The position numbers were made by a program, and so were the translations under genes. The notes under the pieces were generated by a model, which was not told where the DNA came from, did no database searches, and saw only the letters and a program-made list of their open reading frames with translations. A stretch of 64,000 nucleotides of DNA from Somniosus microcephalus (taxonomy: Eukaryota): assembly GCA_052327205.1 (NCBI GenBank), contig CM126233.1:9362001-9426000 (forward strand), read 5' to 3'. Within the stretch, counting starts at the first letter, position 1; every line of letters begins with the position of its first letter. Positions 12,789 through 24,213 of the stretch are shown here, piece by piece.

Positions 12789-15700
12789 TGAAAGCTAGTA
12801 TCAGTAATGGTGACCATGGAACTATTGGATTGTCGTAAAAACCCATCTGGTTCACGAATGTCCTTTAGGGAAGGAAATCTGCCGGCCTTGCCCGGTCTGG
12901 CCTATATGTGACTCCAGACCCACAGCAATGTGGTTGACTCTTAACTGCTCTCTGAAATGGCCCAGCAAGCCACTCAGTTGTAACAAACTGCTACAAGAAA
13001 CAATAATAAGAATAAAGGCAGACGGGCCACCCGGCATCGACCTAGGCACCGGATTCAGACACAACAAAGGCAAGCCCAGCCCAGTTGACCCTGCAAAGTC
13101 CTCCTCACTAACATCTGGGGACCTGTGCCAAAATTGGGAGAGCTGCCCCACTGACGAGTCAAGCAACAGCCTGACACAGTCATACTCACAGAATCATACC
13201 TTTCAGCCAATGTCCCAGACTCCTCCATCTCCATCCCTGGGTATGTCCTGTCCCACAGGCAGGACAGACCCACCAGGGGTGGCAGCATAGTGTTATACAG
13301 TTGGGAAGGAGTGGCCCTGGGAGTCCTCAACATTGACTCCGGACCCCATGAAGTCTCATGGCTTGAGGTCAAGCATGGGCAAGGAAACCTCCTGCTGATT
13401 ACCACCTACCGCCCTCCCTCAGCTGATGAATCAGTACTCCTCCATGTTGAACACCACTTGGAAGAAGCACTGAGAGTAGCAAGGGTACAGAATGTACTCT
13501 GGGTGGGGGACTTCAATGTCCATTACCAAGAGTGGCTCGGTAGCACCGCTACTGACCGAGCTGGCCGAGTCCTGAAGGACATAACTGCCAATCTGGGCCT
13601 GCAACAGGTGGTGAGAGAACCAACACAAGGGAAAAACCTACTTGACCTCGTCCTCACCAATCTACCTGTCGCAGATACATCTGTCCATGACAGCATTGGT
13701 AGCAGTGACCACCGCACAGTCCTTGTGGAGACGAAGTCCCATCTTCACACTGAGGACACCCTCCGTCGTGTTGTGTGGCACTACCACCGTGCTAAATGGG
13801 ATAGATTCATAACAGATCTAGCAGCTCAAAACTGGGCATCCATGAGGCGCTGTGGGCCATCAGCAGCAGCAGAATTGTATTCCACAACATTCTATAGCCT
13901 CATGGCCTGGCATATTCCTCACTCTACCATTACCATCAAGCCAGGGGACCAACCCTGGTTCAATGAGGGGTGTAGAAGAGCATGCCAGGAGCAGCACCAG
14001 GTGTACATAAAAATGAGGTGCCAACCTGGGGAAGCTGCAACACAGGACTACATGCATGCTAAACAGCGGAAGCAGTATACTATAGATAGAGCTAAGCGAT
14101 CCCACAATCAACAAATCAGATCAAAGCTCTGCAGTCCTGCCACACGAATGGTGGTGGACCATTAAACAACTAACAGGAGGAGGAGGCTCCATGAATATCC
14201 CATCCTCAATGATGGTGGAGCCCAGCACGTGAGTGCAAAAGACAAAGCTGAAGCATTTGCAACCATCTTCAGCCAGAATGCTGAGTGGATGATCCATATC
14301 GGCCTACTCCTGAGGTTCCCACCACCACAGAAGCCAGTCTTCAGCCAATTCGATTCACTCCACGTGATATCAAGAAACAGCTGAGCGCACTGGATGCAGC
14401 AAAGGCTATGGGCCCCGACAACATCCCGGCTATCGTGCTGAAGACTTGTGCTCCAGAACTAGCCGCGCCTCTACCAAAGCTGTTCCAGTACAGGTACAAC
14501 ACTGGCATCTACCCGACAATGTGGAAAACTGCCCAGGTATGTCCTGTCCACAAAAAGCAGGACAAATCCAATCCGGCCAATTGCTGCCCCATCAGTCTAC
14601 CCTCAATCATCAGCAAAGTGATGGAAGGTGTTGTTGACAGTGCTATCAAGTGGCACTTACTCACCAATAACCTGCTCACTGATGCTCAGTTTGGCTTCCG
14701 CCAGGACCACTCGGCTCCAGACCTCATTACAGCTGAATTCCAGAGGTGAGGTGAGAGTGACTGCCCTTGTCAGCATTTGACCGAGTGTGGCATCAAGGAG
14801 CCCTAGTAAAATTGAAGTCACTGGGAATCAGGGGGAAAATTTTCCACTGACTAGAGTCATAACTAGCAAAAAGGAAGATGGTTATAGTTGTTGGCGGTCA
14901 ATCATCACAGTCCCAGGACATCGCTGCAGGAGTTCGTCAGAGCAGTGTCCTAGGCCCAACCATCTTCAGCTGCTTCATCAATGACCTTCCCTCAATCATA
15001 AGGTCAGAAGTGGGGATGTTCGCTGATGATTGCACAGTGTTCATTCCATTCGCAACTCCTTAGATAATGAAGCAGTCCATGCCTGCATGCAGCAAGACCT
15101 GGATGACATTCAGGCTTGGGCTGATATGTGGCAAGTAACATTCGCACCACACAAGTGCCAGGCAATGACTATCTCCAACAAACAAGAGTCTAATCACCGC
15201 CCCCTGACATTCAATGGCATTACCATCGACAAATCCCCCACCATCAACATTCTGGGAGTCATCATTGACCAGAAACTTAACTGGACCAGCCACATAAATA
15301 CTGTGGCAACAAGAGCAGGTCAGAGGCTAGGTATTCTGTGACAATTGTCTCACCAACTGACTCCCCAACGCCTTTCCACCATCTACAAGACACAAGTCCA
15401 GAGTGTGATGGAATACTCTCCACTTGCCTGGATGAGTGCAGTTCCAACAACACTCAAGAAGCTCGACACCATCCAGGACAAAGCAGCACACTTGATTGGT
15501 ACCCCATCCACCACCTTAAACATTCACTCCCTCCACCACCGGTGTACCGTGGCTGCAGTGTGTATCATCTACAAGATGCACTGCAGCAACTCGCCAAGGC
15601 TTCTTCGACAGCACCTCCCAAACCCGTGACTTCTACTGCCTAGGACAAGGGCAGTTGGTGCATGGGAACACCACCACCTGCGAATTCCCCTCCAAGTTAC

Positions 15701-15920
15701 ACAGCATCCTGACTTGGAAATATATCGCTGATCCTTCATCGTCACTGGGTCAAAATCCTGGAACTCCCTCTCTAACAGCACTGTGGGAGTACCTTCACCA
15801 CACGGACTGCAGCGGTTCAGGAAGGCGGCTCACCACCATCTTCTCAAGGGCAATTAGGGATGGGTAATAAATGCTGGCCTTGCCAGCAATGCTCACATCC
15901 CAGGAAGGAATAAAAAATAA
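12789..15920 (+). mobile_element. Near full-length degenerate single-ORF APE-RT LINE (clade uncertain; CR1-group or RTE-X-like)
   Basis: Frameshifted endonuclease (TYRPPS, VGDFNVH, SSDH) and RT (QFGFR, SVLGPTIFSCFINDL, MFADD, MEYSPLAW); 3' end with aataaatgctggccttgccagc hairpin and A-rich tail. Confidence 0.9.
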
Positions 15921-16033
15921 TCACTGGGATGGTGTGTAACTTGGAGGGGAACTTGGAGATGTGGTGTTCCCATGCGCCTGCTGCCCGTGTCCTTCTAGGT
16001 GGTGGAGCTCGCGGGTTTGGGAGGTGCTGCTGA
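15921..16033 (-). mobile_element. Inverted fragment of the same LINE family
   Basis: Reverse complement of ~15606-15712 with moderate divergence. Confidence 0.8.
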
Positions 16034-16105
16034 GTGGCTGAGAATAGACATGATGATATGGGGAGTATCTGATGTTGGCACAACTGCATTTGGCACGGGG
16101 CAGAC

Positions 16106-16349
16106 TGTCGAGATGGTGGGTGACGTAATAAAGACTCACTACGCACTTGGTTGTACATAAGGCAAGGCTTTAATCGACTTGTAACAAAACATGGAGGTCT
16201 AGTTAGTAGCCACTAGCTTCCTGTTTCCAGACTGTCTCTGGCCAAGCTGGGCCCACGCCCTAGTATTTATACTCCTCGGGCGGCACCCTCAGCTGGCCGT
16301 TCAGCAGTACTTCCTGAGTTACTTCTTGTAGAAGTTGCGATTTATGACA
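16106..16349 (-). repeat. Possible solo LTR
   Basis: TGTC...GACA termini; TATAAA followed by ATTAAA on the minus strand; no TSD found. Confidence 0.3.
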
Positions 16350-16907
16350 GTGGGTGTGCTTGCAATTTAAGATAGGTTGGTGAAAGATGTATTCTTAGCC
16401 AAAGTATGGTTAAAGTATCAGTTTGGGGTGGGTGAGAAAGAAAGGCACACTTCACTGCACGCGTTGGCTGGAATATTAGACACAGGCATTCGTGCGGCAC
16501 AGGGGAGGGTGGGCTACACACAACCTTGCGATCTAAGCTCTGCCCCTATCTTGACTGGGCTGTGAGGGAGCTTGGCCTGCAGCATACTCGGCTGGGGGTC
16601 GTAAAACCAGCTCTTAAAGGGCTGCAGCTCACCATCAAAGAAGGGGAGGTTGTGACGGCGGCAGGGTAGAAATTGGTCTTGGACGGTCCCACTAAACGGG
16701 CGCTAGTGAAACGGCCCACCCGATCTCCATTGATGCGGAAGGTTTGGGCCTCCCTGTGGAAGGTGGGTGGTCCTCTTTGGAATTTATCACAGCCTCGAAA
16801 AACACCCAGGAGGGAGGCCAGGACCTTTGTGAGCAATTTTGCCACACGTGCTCCTGACATCTATCTAAAAATGAGGGCATGGAAGTATTACTCTTTTATT
16901 GCCTAAG

Positions 16908-16995
16908 TGCCAGCTTGGCTCAGCTGGCAGGACACTTGCCTCTGAGTCAGAATGTTGTGGGTTAAATCCCCACTCTGGACTTGAGAACACGAGCT
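16908..16995 (+). mobile_element. Deu-SINE tRNA-like head fragment
   Basis: tggctcagctgg (A box) ... gggttaaatccc (B-box-like) ... gacttgagaac, matching the heads of other copies. Confidence 0.7.
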
Positions 16996-16996
16996 C

Positions 16997-17556
16997 AGCC
17001 TCAGCTAGAGTACTGCGTGCAGTTCTGGTCACCACATTACAGGAAAGATGTGATTGCACTAGAGAGGATACAGAGGAGATTTACAAGGATGTTGCCAGGA
17101 GTAGAGAATCTTAGCTATGAGGAAAGACTGGATAGGCTGGGTCTGTTTTCCTTGGAACAGAGGAGGCTGAGGGGAGACCTTATTGAGGTGTATAAAATTA
17201 TGAGGGGCCTAGATAAAGTGGATAGAAAGGACCTATTTCCCTTAGCAGAGGGGTCAAAAACCAGGGGGCACAGATTTAAAGTAATTGGGGGAAGGTTTAG
17301 AGGGGATTTGAGGGGAAATTTCTTCACGCAGAGGGTTGTGGGGGTCTGGCACTCACTGCCTGAAAGGGTGGTAGAGGCAGGAACCCTAACCACATTTACA
17401 AAGTACTTGGATGTGCACTTGGGATGCTGTAACCTGCAGGTCTACGGACCAAGAGCTGGGAAGTGGGATTAGGCTGGATAGCTCTTTGTTGGCCGGTGCG
17501 GACACGATGGGCCGAAATGGCCTCCTTCCGTGCTGTAACTTTCTATGATTCTATGT
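16997..17556 (+). mobile_element. 5'-truncated CR1 LINE
   Basis: PQLEYCVQFWSPHYRKD...FFTQRVVGVWHSLP; 3' hairpin gatgggccgaaatggcctcc and ttctatg tail. Confidence 0.92.
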
Positions 17557-17559
17557 AAG

Positions 17560-18600
17560 CTGAACTAGAACAGAGAAGGCAAAGAGGAGATTTAATTGAT
17601 AGTTTAAAAATTAAGTTTAAAATTATGAAAGGTGTTTATCAGGTGATTAGAGATTCCTTTGGTTGGGGAATCAACGACGAGGGATCATCAATTTTAAATT
17701 ATCACTGAATGAGGTGGGAGGTTCGGAGTCATTTCTTTATGAAGAGGATTGTTGGAGCAGGGCTGTTTTGCCACAGGGAGGGGTATATATGAGTTGTATG
17801 TGTAGACTGTATATCGTAGGTTGATGTGTAGATTGCATATATAGGCTGTATGTATAGACTACATATAGGTTGTATGTGTACATTGGTATTAGAATTTTAC
17901 CTGTCTTTACAGAGGAATGGAAGAGAGGTGAAACTAAATCAAGGAGCAGATTTCCAGGGTTGGTTCGAGGAGGAGCTATACAATGTTCATAACAGATCTA
18001 AACTAGGCTAACGCATCCATCCATAATTATAAAGAGAAATGAGTGAGGCTGGAAGTAGCAGAGTTAATCATTTGCCAGATTCAGGAGAGAGCCTGGGCAA
18101 GTTGACAAACACACCTCCATTATTTGAAGAAAAGGATTAACAAACGTACTTGGACTATAGAGTGGTCAGTTTAGTATCAGTCACAGGGACAACCTTTAAA
18201 ACTATTTGAAAGGATTTAGCATGGAAATAACTGGAAAAGTACAACTTGCCCAGGTCGGTTCAGGAAGGGAGGTCACGCTTAATTAACTTTCTCGATGTTT
18301 TTGAAGGTATTACTGCCGTATTTGACAAGAATAATGCAGTGGGTGTTATAGACCTGGACTTTCAAAAGGCTTTTGACAAGGTTCCACATCGGAGATTAAT
18401 GGCTAAGGTGATAAGTCATGGAATGGGTGGCAGAGCAGGGCTCTGGGTAGAAGCCTGGCTTAGAAACGGGAGACAGAGAGCAGTCATGAGCAGGAAAAAT
18501 ATTGACAGCGGGGCTCCTCATGGATTGCTCTTGGTGCTGCTTCTAGTTATAATATTCGTAAGTGACTTGGACAAGGGTATCAACATCAAGAGGTCCAAGT
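17560..18600 (+). mobile_element. Old degenerate CR1 fragments
   Basis: LDFQKAFDKVPHRRL at ~18355-18400; other RT-like remnants at 17560-17790. Confidence 0.65.
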
Positions 18601-18606
18601 TTTTAA

Positions 18607-18957
18607 GTGGCATAGTGGTTAGCACTGTTGCCTCACAGCTCCAGGGACCCGGGTTCGAATCCGGTCCTCGGGTGACTGTCTGTGTGGAGTTTGCACATTC
18701 TCCCCGTGTTTGCGTGGGTTTCCTCCGGGTGCTCCGGTTTCCTCCCACAGTCCAAAGATGTGCAGGTTAGGTTGATTGGCTATGATAAAATTGACCCTTA
18801 GTGTTAGGGGGATTAAATACGTGGGGTTACGGGGATAGGGTGGGATATGTGTTGGTGTAGGGGTTATGGGGATCGGGGGTGGGATATGTGTCGGTGCAGG
18901 CTCGATGGGCCGAAATGGCCTCTATCTGCACTGTGAGGTTTCTGTGATTTCTGTGAT
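18607..18957 (+). mobile_element. V-SINE (HE1-like) with CR1-derived tail
   Basis: A box tggcatagtgg, B box ggttcgaatcc, V-domain tgtgtggagtttgcacattctccccgtgtttgcgtgggtttcctccggg, CR1-type 3' hairpin and (tttctgtga)n tail. Confidence 0.9.
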
Positions 18958-19232
18958 TAAAATTGGAGTAGCGAACATGATGAGGACAATTGGGGAGGTC
19001 CAGTCGTTACGTGTGGTAACCTCATAATCACATTTGTTTGGAGTGCATTAACAATGCTGCTACACACACAGACCAGAGAAATTCTTCCCCCAGTGTCAGC
19101 AGATTCAGAGGATTTGCATCTTTCCGGAATTTGGGTCAGTAGCTGATAAATACAGGATAGGGTTTTGGGGCTTCAGGTACAAGAATTATTGGAATCATCA
19201 ACCCAGTGTATTGCTGCAGTGACAATAGGCAA

Positions 19233-19610
19233 GAAACTTGAGCACATAATCTAGGCTGACACTCCAGTGCAGCACTGGGGGAATGCTGCACTGTCGGAGG
19301 TGCCGTCTTTCAGATGAGACGTTAAACCGAGGCTCCATCTGCTCTCTCAGGTGGATGTTAAAGATTCCGTGGCACTATTCAAAGAAGAGCAGGGGAGTTA
19401 TTCAGGTGCCCTGGCCAATATTTATCCCTCAACATACATCACTAAAATAGATTATCTGGTGATTATCATAGTGCTGTTTGTGGGATCTTGCTATGCGCGA
19501 ATTGGCTGCCGCGTTTCCTACAAAATAACAGTGACTGCACTTCAAAAGTGTAAACTGCTTTACGATGTCATGAAAGGTGGTTTTTAAATACAAGTTTGTT
19601 CTTTCTTTCA
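19233..19610 (+). mobile_element. Deu-domain SINE (head truncated)
   Basis: Same core as 7036-7456 in the opposite orientation. Confidence 0.85.
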
Positions 19611-20229
19611 CTTAATACTCTCCGACGCCAAGCCTTCCCTCACATGTCTACAGGGAATGCAAGTCCCTCATGCCTCTCTCTCCCAGGCAGGGAGCTCCAG
19701 CACTCTACAACTTGGAAACCTGGAAGCCTAGAACATCACCGAGAATTGTCACACGTTGACTTAACCTTCCCGATTAACTCAGTTGCGCGGGTGAAGCTAA
19801 ATCGCGTGACAATCTTCTCTCAAGCTGAGTGAGGCTCCCAGTAATACAACAACATAACCAGTCAGGGCCATTCTGTGGCCAACACTTGTGGTTTTGTGAA
19901 CGGTTTATACATTTCGCTCTATTGTGTTAACACAAACAATTGTCTAGGAAGGGGGAGCGACCGAGATTAAACATTTTCTCCATTTCTGTGAATAAAAACA
20001 ATAAATCAAAATAATGAATTGTATAATGAGACTGAGAGTATTGACAGTGCTGCTACACTTTGGCTCCCTCAGGTCTCTACTTGCTCTGCTAATTGGACCA
20101 ATAATCTACACATAGCCCACGCTATATCCATTATTGATTATAACATCGGGCATAAGCACGCAAGTGCTGTAACTTCAGCCATGATATATATGAAAAAATA
20201 TAAGCAACACAAGTTGATGAGGCAATAAA

Positions 20230-20850
20230 AATCACAATCAAAGAACGGGAGTTGATTTCTAGAAGACTAGAATACACCAGCAGGAAGATGATGTTAAACT
20301 TATACAGAACCTTGGTTAGACCCCACTTGGGGCATGATGTACAGTTCTGGTCTCCATGTTATAGATACTAATGTTATTGAAGCACTGGGGAAAGTGCAGA
20401 AAAGATTTACAAGGATGTTACCAGAATTGAGAGGAAGCAACTATCAGGAAAGACTGACCAGGCTGGGGATCTTTCATCTGTTACAGACGAAGACTAAGAG
20501 AAGACCTGATAGAGGTCTTTAAAATAATGAAGGGGTGGATGTGGAGAAACTGCTTCCACTTGTGGGTGAGTCCAGAACAAGGGGGCAGAAACATAAGATA
20601 GTCACTAACGGACCAAATAAAGAAAGAGTGGTGAGAAGTACGTGGAACTCGCTGCCACGTGGAGGGGTTGAAGCGGGGAGCATTGATGCACTGAAGGGGA
20701 GGCTTGATGCATGCCATAGGGAATAGAGGCATGGGGGGGGGGAGGGCAGGGTAGGAGGAGGTAATTAGAGTGGGAGGAGGCTCGTGTGGAGAATAAACAC
20801 CAGCATAGACCAAATGGCCTGTTTCTGTGCTGTAGATTCTATCTTAATAC
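20230..20850 (+). mobile_element. Degenerate CR1 3' fragment
   Basis: LYRTLVRPHL, KVQKRFTRMLPELRG and WNSLP remnants; 3' tail ggcctgtttctgtgctgtagattcta. Confidence 0.8.
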
Positions 20851-21002
20851 TTTGTACCTGAATACTAAAACCCAATCAAATCATTACCAAAAGGAAAATA
20901 CACCTTAATTACTAAATCCCAATTAAAGCTCAGTATTATTAATCCAGTAACATAACCACCACACTACTGTATCGGAGCATTAAATATTTGGGCTGCCATA
21001 TA

Positions 21003-21386
21003 ATTTTTTTTGTATTCATTCACGGGATGTGGGCGTCGCTGACAAGGCCAGCATTTATTGCCCACCCCTAATTGCCCTCGAGAAGGTGGCGAGCCATTTC
21101 AGAGGGCAGTTAAGAGTCCACATTGCTGTGGGTCTGGAGTCACATATAGGCCAGACCGGGTAAGGACGGCAGATTTCCTTCCCTAAAGGACATTAGTGAA
21201 CCAGATGGGTTTTTACAACAGTCCGGTAGTTTCATGGTCACCATTACTGATACTAGCTTTTCATTCCAGATTTATTTAACTGAATTTAAATGCCCCAGCT
21301 GCCATGGTGGGATTTTGAACTCTTCTCTCTGGATTATTAGTCCAGGCCTCTGGATTACTAGTCCAGTGACCTAACCACTATGCTAC
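21003..21386 (-). mobile_element. tRNA-headed bipartite SINE partnered with the LINE at 12789-15920
   Basis: Minus strand reads: A box tagcatagtgg, B-box-like gagttcaaaatcc, then ~170 nt matching 12789-12961, then ~90 nt matching the LINE 3' end 15826-15915. Confidence 0.88.
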
Positions 21387-22426
21387 TTGTGTCCCATTGT
21401 GGGGTTTGGGGGTAATGATCTGTAACGCTCCCCTGTCTAATGCGTTTTTCTTCTATCTCTCCCCTGCACTCAGGGCTTGAAGCCCAGTCACTGAACTAAA
21501 ATGTGAAGATAATATAGGGAAATAGTTCCCCTTTATGGACAGTCGTACATTCAGCTGATGCCTGTACTCTCAACTCTGGTTAGAACGAACCTCACATCTA
21601 CCTGGAGCAGGCAGGAATGAAGCAAATTTTCATCAGTTATTTTTTTCCCTTGGCCGATCAAACTGGCACCACAGCCGTGTGAAAAAGGCATCTATTTGCG
21701 ATTCAGCCGGATTGTTCCAGGCTGCATGTTTTGAAATGGGCCGCGATGCAGTATATAAAGAGACAAGAACGTCTTTGTCTGATTCACGTTAAACAGCCAA
21801 AAATCAACACAGTGTCCCCTTTTAACTTAACCCAAACCTTGCAGAATATTTTACATCGTTTCTTGAAAGGCAGTGGGGATATTCCAGAACACTTGTGAGA
21901 GGTGATCGGTCAAGATTGTCTATCACTGGTCAGTTTGATCACTTTTGTAGAAACACTCAGCACACAATATTACGGGTCGCATGGAGTTAAAGGAATAAAC
22001 CTTTACATAGAGTGTTACCACTCTCAAATGATGCAGAGTATTGGAGAGTTTCAGCAGAGTTGTTTTCGAGCGTAATTATTATTTTTGTGTTCACACAATG
22101 AGTGGCCTGTGGGTCATTAGCAGTTACAGAATGAAGACTGCGTAACCAAGGAGACCTTCAAGCTCTGAGTGCAGAGGAGAGGTGGAAGAAAAACACATCA
22201 GACGGGGGAGCGTTACAGATCGATACCACCAAACCCCGACAATGGGACACAACAAGGTTTTCTCTTCCCCATATTCTTTCTCTGTTGGTGAACTAAAAAT
22301 ACCTGGGGTTGAACTAACCAGGGCAGACTGCTGGGGCCGAAAACGGCACGCGTCTCCTATGGCCCTTCATATGCCAGGCACATTATATGGCAGCCTAAAT
22401 ATTCAAATATTTAATGCCCCCATACA

Positions 22427-23020
22427 GGTATGTTACTGGACTAATAATCCAGACTATATGAGTTCCACTTGCCTGGATGAGTGCAGCTCCAACAACACTC
22501 AAGAAGCTTGGCATCATCCAGGACAAAGCAACCCATTTGATTGGCACCCCATCCACCACCTTAAACATTCACTCCCTCCACCACCGGTGCACCGTGGCTG
22601 CAGTGTGTACCATCTACAAGATGCACTCGCCAAGGCTTCTTCGGCAGCACCTCCCAAACCCGCGACCTCTTCCACCTAGAAGGACAAGTGCAGCAGGCGC
22701 ATGGGAACACCACCACCTCCAAGTTCCCTTCCAAGTCACACACCATCCTGACTTGGAAATATATCGTCGATCCTTCATCATCGCTGGGTCAAAATCCTGG
22801 AACTCCTTCCCTAACAGCACTGTGGGAGCACCCTCACCACACGGACTGCAGCAGTTCAAGAAGGAGGCTCACCACCGCCTTCTCAAGGGCAACTAGGGAT
22901 GGGCAATAAATGCTGGCCTTGCCAGTGACGCCCACACCCCATAAACGAATTTTTAAAAATCCCAACATGGCAGAATAAGAATTTGAATTCAGTTTTTTTT
23001 AAAGTCTGGAATTAAAAATG
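22427..23020 (+). mobile_element. 5'-truncated copy of the APE-RT LINE (22467-22958) inserted into a SINE tRNA head
   Basis: 22467-22958 aligns to 15420-15915; the flanks ttactggactaataatccaga..gagttc | aaatcccaacatggcag rejoin into the SINE head seen at 21300-21370. Confidence 0.8.
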
Positions 23021-23339
23021 AATAATTGGAACTGTTAAACCTGTTTATTTGGTCCTTATTGTGGTCTGTATTGAGCTGATATTAGGTTAGCTAATTGGTA
23101 ACGTAAGTGTTGTGATTAGTTGTTGGTATTAACCTGTGGCATTTGTGTAAATTAAGACAATATACATTTGAGCTGACTGAAAGAGGTTAATCCTGAACTG
23201 CTAGTGGCCAGAGGGTGTGAAAGGACAGGAGATTGTGGAGTTTAACCTCGGGGGAAGTTCAGCCGTAAGGTGCAGATGGCCTAAGTTGCTGTGTTTCATT
23301 TCATTAAACTTCTAAGAGAAACCAGTTTAATATGAGAGA

Positions 23340-23770
23340 CATCTGGTGTGTGGCACCTACATGATGTGGGAGGTCCTGATTGTTCATGTGTCTGGGATGA
23401 CCACACACATCCCAAGTCTCTCTAACTGTTTGAGATCAAGCTCAAGGTTTGAGCAGATGACACTCCATCACATTCGAAGGCTGAAGAGTTTGTGGATTGC
23501 TGATTGCAGGATGAGACAGAGTGTGTTAGTGAGGAAAGGAAGTGGGAGGACCATTCCCCAGAGTAGGACAAGGTGACGAGAGATAGTGTGAAGAGTCCTG
23601 AGAGTGTTGAATTGACACAGAAGTATTCAGCAATGAATGCTTGTGACAACGAGAGCAACTTGAGCAGAAACAGGGTACCATAGAGCAAATGGTTACTAAA
23701 GATGGGGGGGGGGTGCAGTACAGAAACACAGTAGTAATAGGAGTTCCATAGTCTGGGGAATAGATAGTTG
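23340..23770 (+). mobile_element. Highly degenerate CR1 ORF1 remnant
   Basis: Resembles ORF1 at 53894 (C..MWE.. zinc finger/leucine zipper) and a VVIGDSIVRGID-like start of the esterase. Confidence 0.45.
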
Positions 23771-24213
23771 AGGGTCCACTTTAAGGCCCACTGGGAGCTC
23801 GATCTGCCACATGTAAATGGGTTCAAGGGGCCATGGTTAACCACTCTGATTCATTTCCCCAGCATCAGCTCCAAATCCATCCCTAATCATTACCACCACT
23901 GTAACTGTGGGTAGGAGCTGCAGGAATGTATCCCTCGGCCAGATACCACGTTGAGGGGGCCATGTTTGTGTGCTACTACTGAAGGCTGGTGTTGCTTTGC
24001 CTGCTTATTGATGTCTTTAGTACTTCAGAGGTGCATCAGGACTTTTGTGCTTGTTTTACTCAGCCTTGCTTTGTACTGGAGGTGTGGGTTTTCCAATGGT
24101 ACTTATGCTATGAAGAGGAGGAGGGGGACATGGAAGAGGCTGGATTGGAGGCTCTTATAGTCAGGCATCACCGAGGTGGCTCTTCCCTACAGGCCCATCC
24201 CTACTCACCAAGG

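Noticed and set aside
16500-16906. env or viral ORF next to the LTR-like 16106-16349
   Set aside because: Short ORFs with no signal peptide, fusion peptide, TM segment or recognisable motif; no PBS, PPT or TSD support
17780-17890. Degenerate ~26-bp TA/TG-rich repeat
   Set aside because: Ordinary low-complexity decay with only about four poor copies
18607-18680. tRNA gene (also the heads at 16908, 21386, 37660, 51023 and 59645)
   Set aside because: A/B boxes run directly into SINE bodies and tails; no complete cloverleaf or terminator
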